From a phage, in the NCBI GenBank assembly GCA_018995085.1, contig GCA_018995085.1_3936.1: a stretch of DNA of 64,000 nt. One strand, written 5' to 3'. Made by a program: the position numbers and the translations under genes. Positions within the stretch are counted from its first letter, which is position 1. Each line of letters opens with the position of its first letter. Shown one piece after another: positions 62,502-64,000 of the stretch. A model generated the notes under the pieces. That model did no database searches. It was not told where the DNA came from and was given only the letters and a program-made list of their open reading frames with translations.

Positions 62502-62988
62502 AGGATTTGGCAATTGCCCCACCTATGGTCATTGGGTATCTTTATGTGGGGAAGTTGACCCCACTAAACATTTTGGTTTTGTCTATTTAGTACACTGTAA
62601 GAAGACTGGACAATATTATATCGGAAAGAAACAGCTTAACAGTGTGACCAAAAGAAAAGTTGCTGGGAAGACTCGGAAGAAGGTAGTCACTAAGGAAAGT
62701 GATTGGATGACTTACGAGACTTCTTCTGAGTATATTAAAAAAGATATTGAAAGCTTTGGAAAGGAATCTTTTGACTTTTACATTATCCAAACCTACTACA
62801 CGAAAGGTGGTTTAGTTTATGGTGAAGCAAACCTTCAACATAAATTCGATGTAATGACAAAAAGGATTGACTCTAAGCTCAGACTCTTCTACAATGCCAA
62901 TATTGCAGCAATTAAGTTTATTACTAAAGAAACTTATGAAGATGCTGAAAAAAGAATCCATAAGGTAATGAAAGCGAATTGTGCTTGA
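62491..62988 (+). CDS. GIY-YIG-like protein (T5orf172-type)
   Basis: FVYLVHCKKTGQYYIGKK matches GIY-(10)-YIG spacing. Confidence 0.45.
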   Translation: MKIKGFGNCPTYGHWVSLCGEVDPTKHFGFVYLVHCKKTGQYYIGKKQLNSVTKRKVAGKTRKKVVTKESDWMTYETSSEYIKKDIESFGKESFDFYIIQTYYTKGGLVYGEANLQHKFDVMTKRIDSKLRLFYNANIAAIKFITKETYEDAEKRIHKVMKANCA

Positions 62989-62994
62989 TAACTA

Positions 62995-63240
62995 TTGAGA
63001 GAGAATAAAATGTTTAACAAAAGTAAAGCTGTGAGTCATGTAGCAAAGGTTGACAGCAAGATTGAAGAACTTGAGCGCATTCTTGCAAATGCCAGAGAGT
63101 CAATAATTAAAGAAGTTGAAGCTGTTGAATCTCAAATGCAGCACCTAATGCTTAAACGTCAAGAGTTACGTGAGCATCTGGAATATATTGAAACACGAGA
63201 GCTAAAAGTTAACAGATTTTTAAGGAGTCCGAATGTTTAA
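62995..63240 (+). CDS. hypothetical small coiled-coil protein
   Basis: ORF track. Confidence 0.45.
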   Translation: MRENKMFNKSKAVSHVAKVDSKIEELERILANARESIIKEVEAVESQMQHLMLKRQELREHLEYIETRELKVNRFLRSPNV

Positions 63241-63988
63241 CTCAAGAGAATCAGTAAAAAACTGGAATCTTCGTTGTGGAAACACCCAAAAGCAACCTTA
63301 CAGCAATGAGTATTGGGAATCTTTGAAATCTCAATCTCTGTGTATGCTTGAGGAAGCAAAAGAGCTTGTAAAAGCAATTGAAGAGAAAGACCCCATTGAG
63401 ACACTGGATGCTCAGGCAGATTTGCAATATGTTCTTGATGGTTTGATTTACCTGTCACAACATGACCATAATGGTGCTATGGAAGCTGTTTGCCATAATA
63501 ATGACCTGAAGTACACAGACGACTATGAAGAAGCTTTAAAACGTCTTGCAGATATTGAGAAGCGTACTGGTCAAGAGTGTATCATCAGAATGTCAGTAGT
63601 TGATGGTAAAGAATGGTATGCAATTGTTCGTGCAGCCGATGGGAAGATTATGAAGCAATCTAATCTCCCTAAAGTTCAGCTTGGTGAATACATTGTAGAA
63701 CTTGAAAGCCAAGAACTTTTTGTGGTAGTATCTGACACATGCGTTATCTGCAAAGGTATTGTATGTAGCTTAAAGGATTTGGGTGTAGATGGTTTTGTAG
63801 AAGTTAATCCAATTACCTCTAAAGCAGATAAAGATTTCTGTAAAGAGAATGGACTATGGATTGCAGATATTGTCTACTATGATGGTGAGCAGTTCCATGT
63901 AACCTCATACCCGAAACTGAATTATGATGCTAATAACCTGAAGTGCTGGTTAAAAGGGGTTGGTTATAATGGATTCACAGAACATTAA
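63233..63988 (+). CDS. hypothetical protein, possible MazG-like nucleotide pyrophosphohydrolase
   Basis: EEAKELVKAIEE and DAQADLQYVLDGL resemble all-alpha NTP pyrophosphatase motifs; weak. Confidence 0.3.
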   Translation: MFNSRESVKNWNLRCGNTQKQPYSNEYWESLKSQSLCMLEEAKELVKAIEEKDPIETLDAQADLQYVLDGLIYLSQHDHNGAMEAVCHNNDLKYTDDYEEALKRLADIEKRTGQECIIRMSVVDGKEWYAIVRAADGKIMKQSNLPKVQLGEYIVELESQELFVVVSDTCVICKGIVCSLKDLGVDGFVEVNPITSKADKDFCKENGLWIADIVYYDGEQFHVTSYPKLNYDANNLKCWLKGVGYNGFTEH

Positions 63989-64000
63989 TAAAGAAGGTGT

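Overview
This window reads as a gene-dense, AT-rich segment of a virulent tailed bacteriophage genome; no integrase, repressor or attachment site was seen. All calls come from manual reading of the sequence and the supplied ORF track, with no database search or RNA-folding software, so tRNA coordinates are approximate (about +/-3 nt) and functional names rest on recognised motifs and gene order. Layout: (1) 211-3677, eight small plus-strand early-type genes, five of them preceded by a near-identical promoter/stem-loop/Shine-Dalgarno cassette; (2) 3740-5340, a 1.6 kb ORF-free region packed with short phased direct repeats, between convergent gene blocks; (3) 5358-13533, a minus-strand block of mostly unknown genes including a GH24 lysozyme and a tandem paralog pair, one carrying three Ig-like repeats; (4) 13762-15630, an AT-hook-like protein and a 471-aa vWA/MIDAS protein with Ro60/DUF2828-like architecture; (5) 15796-21372, an array of about 27 tRNA-like genes interrupted by an HNH endonuclease, small ORFs, repeated spacer elements and several atypical tRNA-like structures; (6) 21595-45486, a complete morphogenesis module (large terminase, portal, S49-type prohead protease/scaffold, capsid, putative sheath and tube, chaperones with a -1 frameshift site, tape measure, baseplate, two His-x-His tail fibres); (7) 45525-55622, a minus-strand nucleotide-metabolism and replication block (thymidylate synthase, DHFR, ATP-dependent ligase, HNH-AP2 endonuclease, family A DNA polymerase); (8) 55850-63988, a plus-strand replication block (dNMP kinase, primase-helicase, acidic-tail SSB-like protein, 5'-3' exonuclease, GIY-YIG-like protein). 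The best candidates for something undescribed are the repeat-dense region, the Ro60-like protein beside unusual tRNA-like RNAs, and the short-variable-arm tRNAs whose anticodon loops read leucine anticodons.
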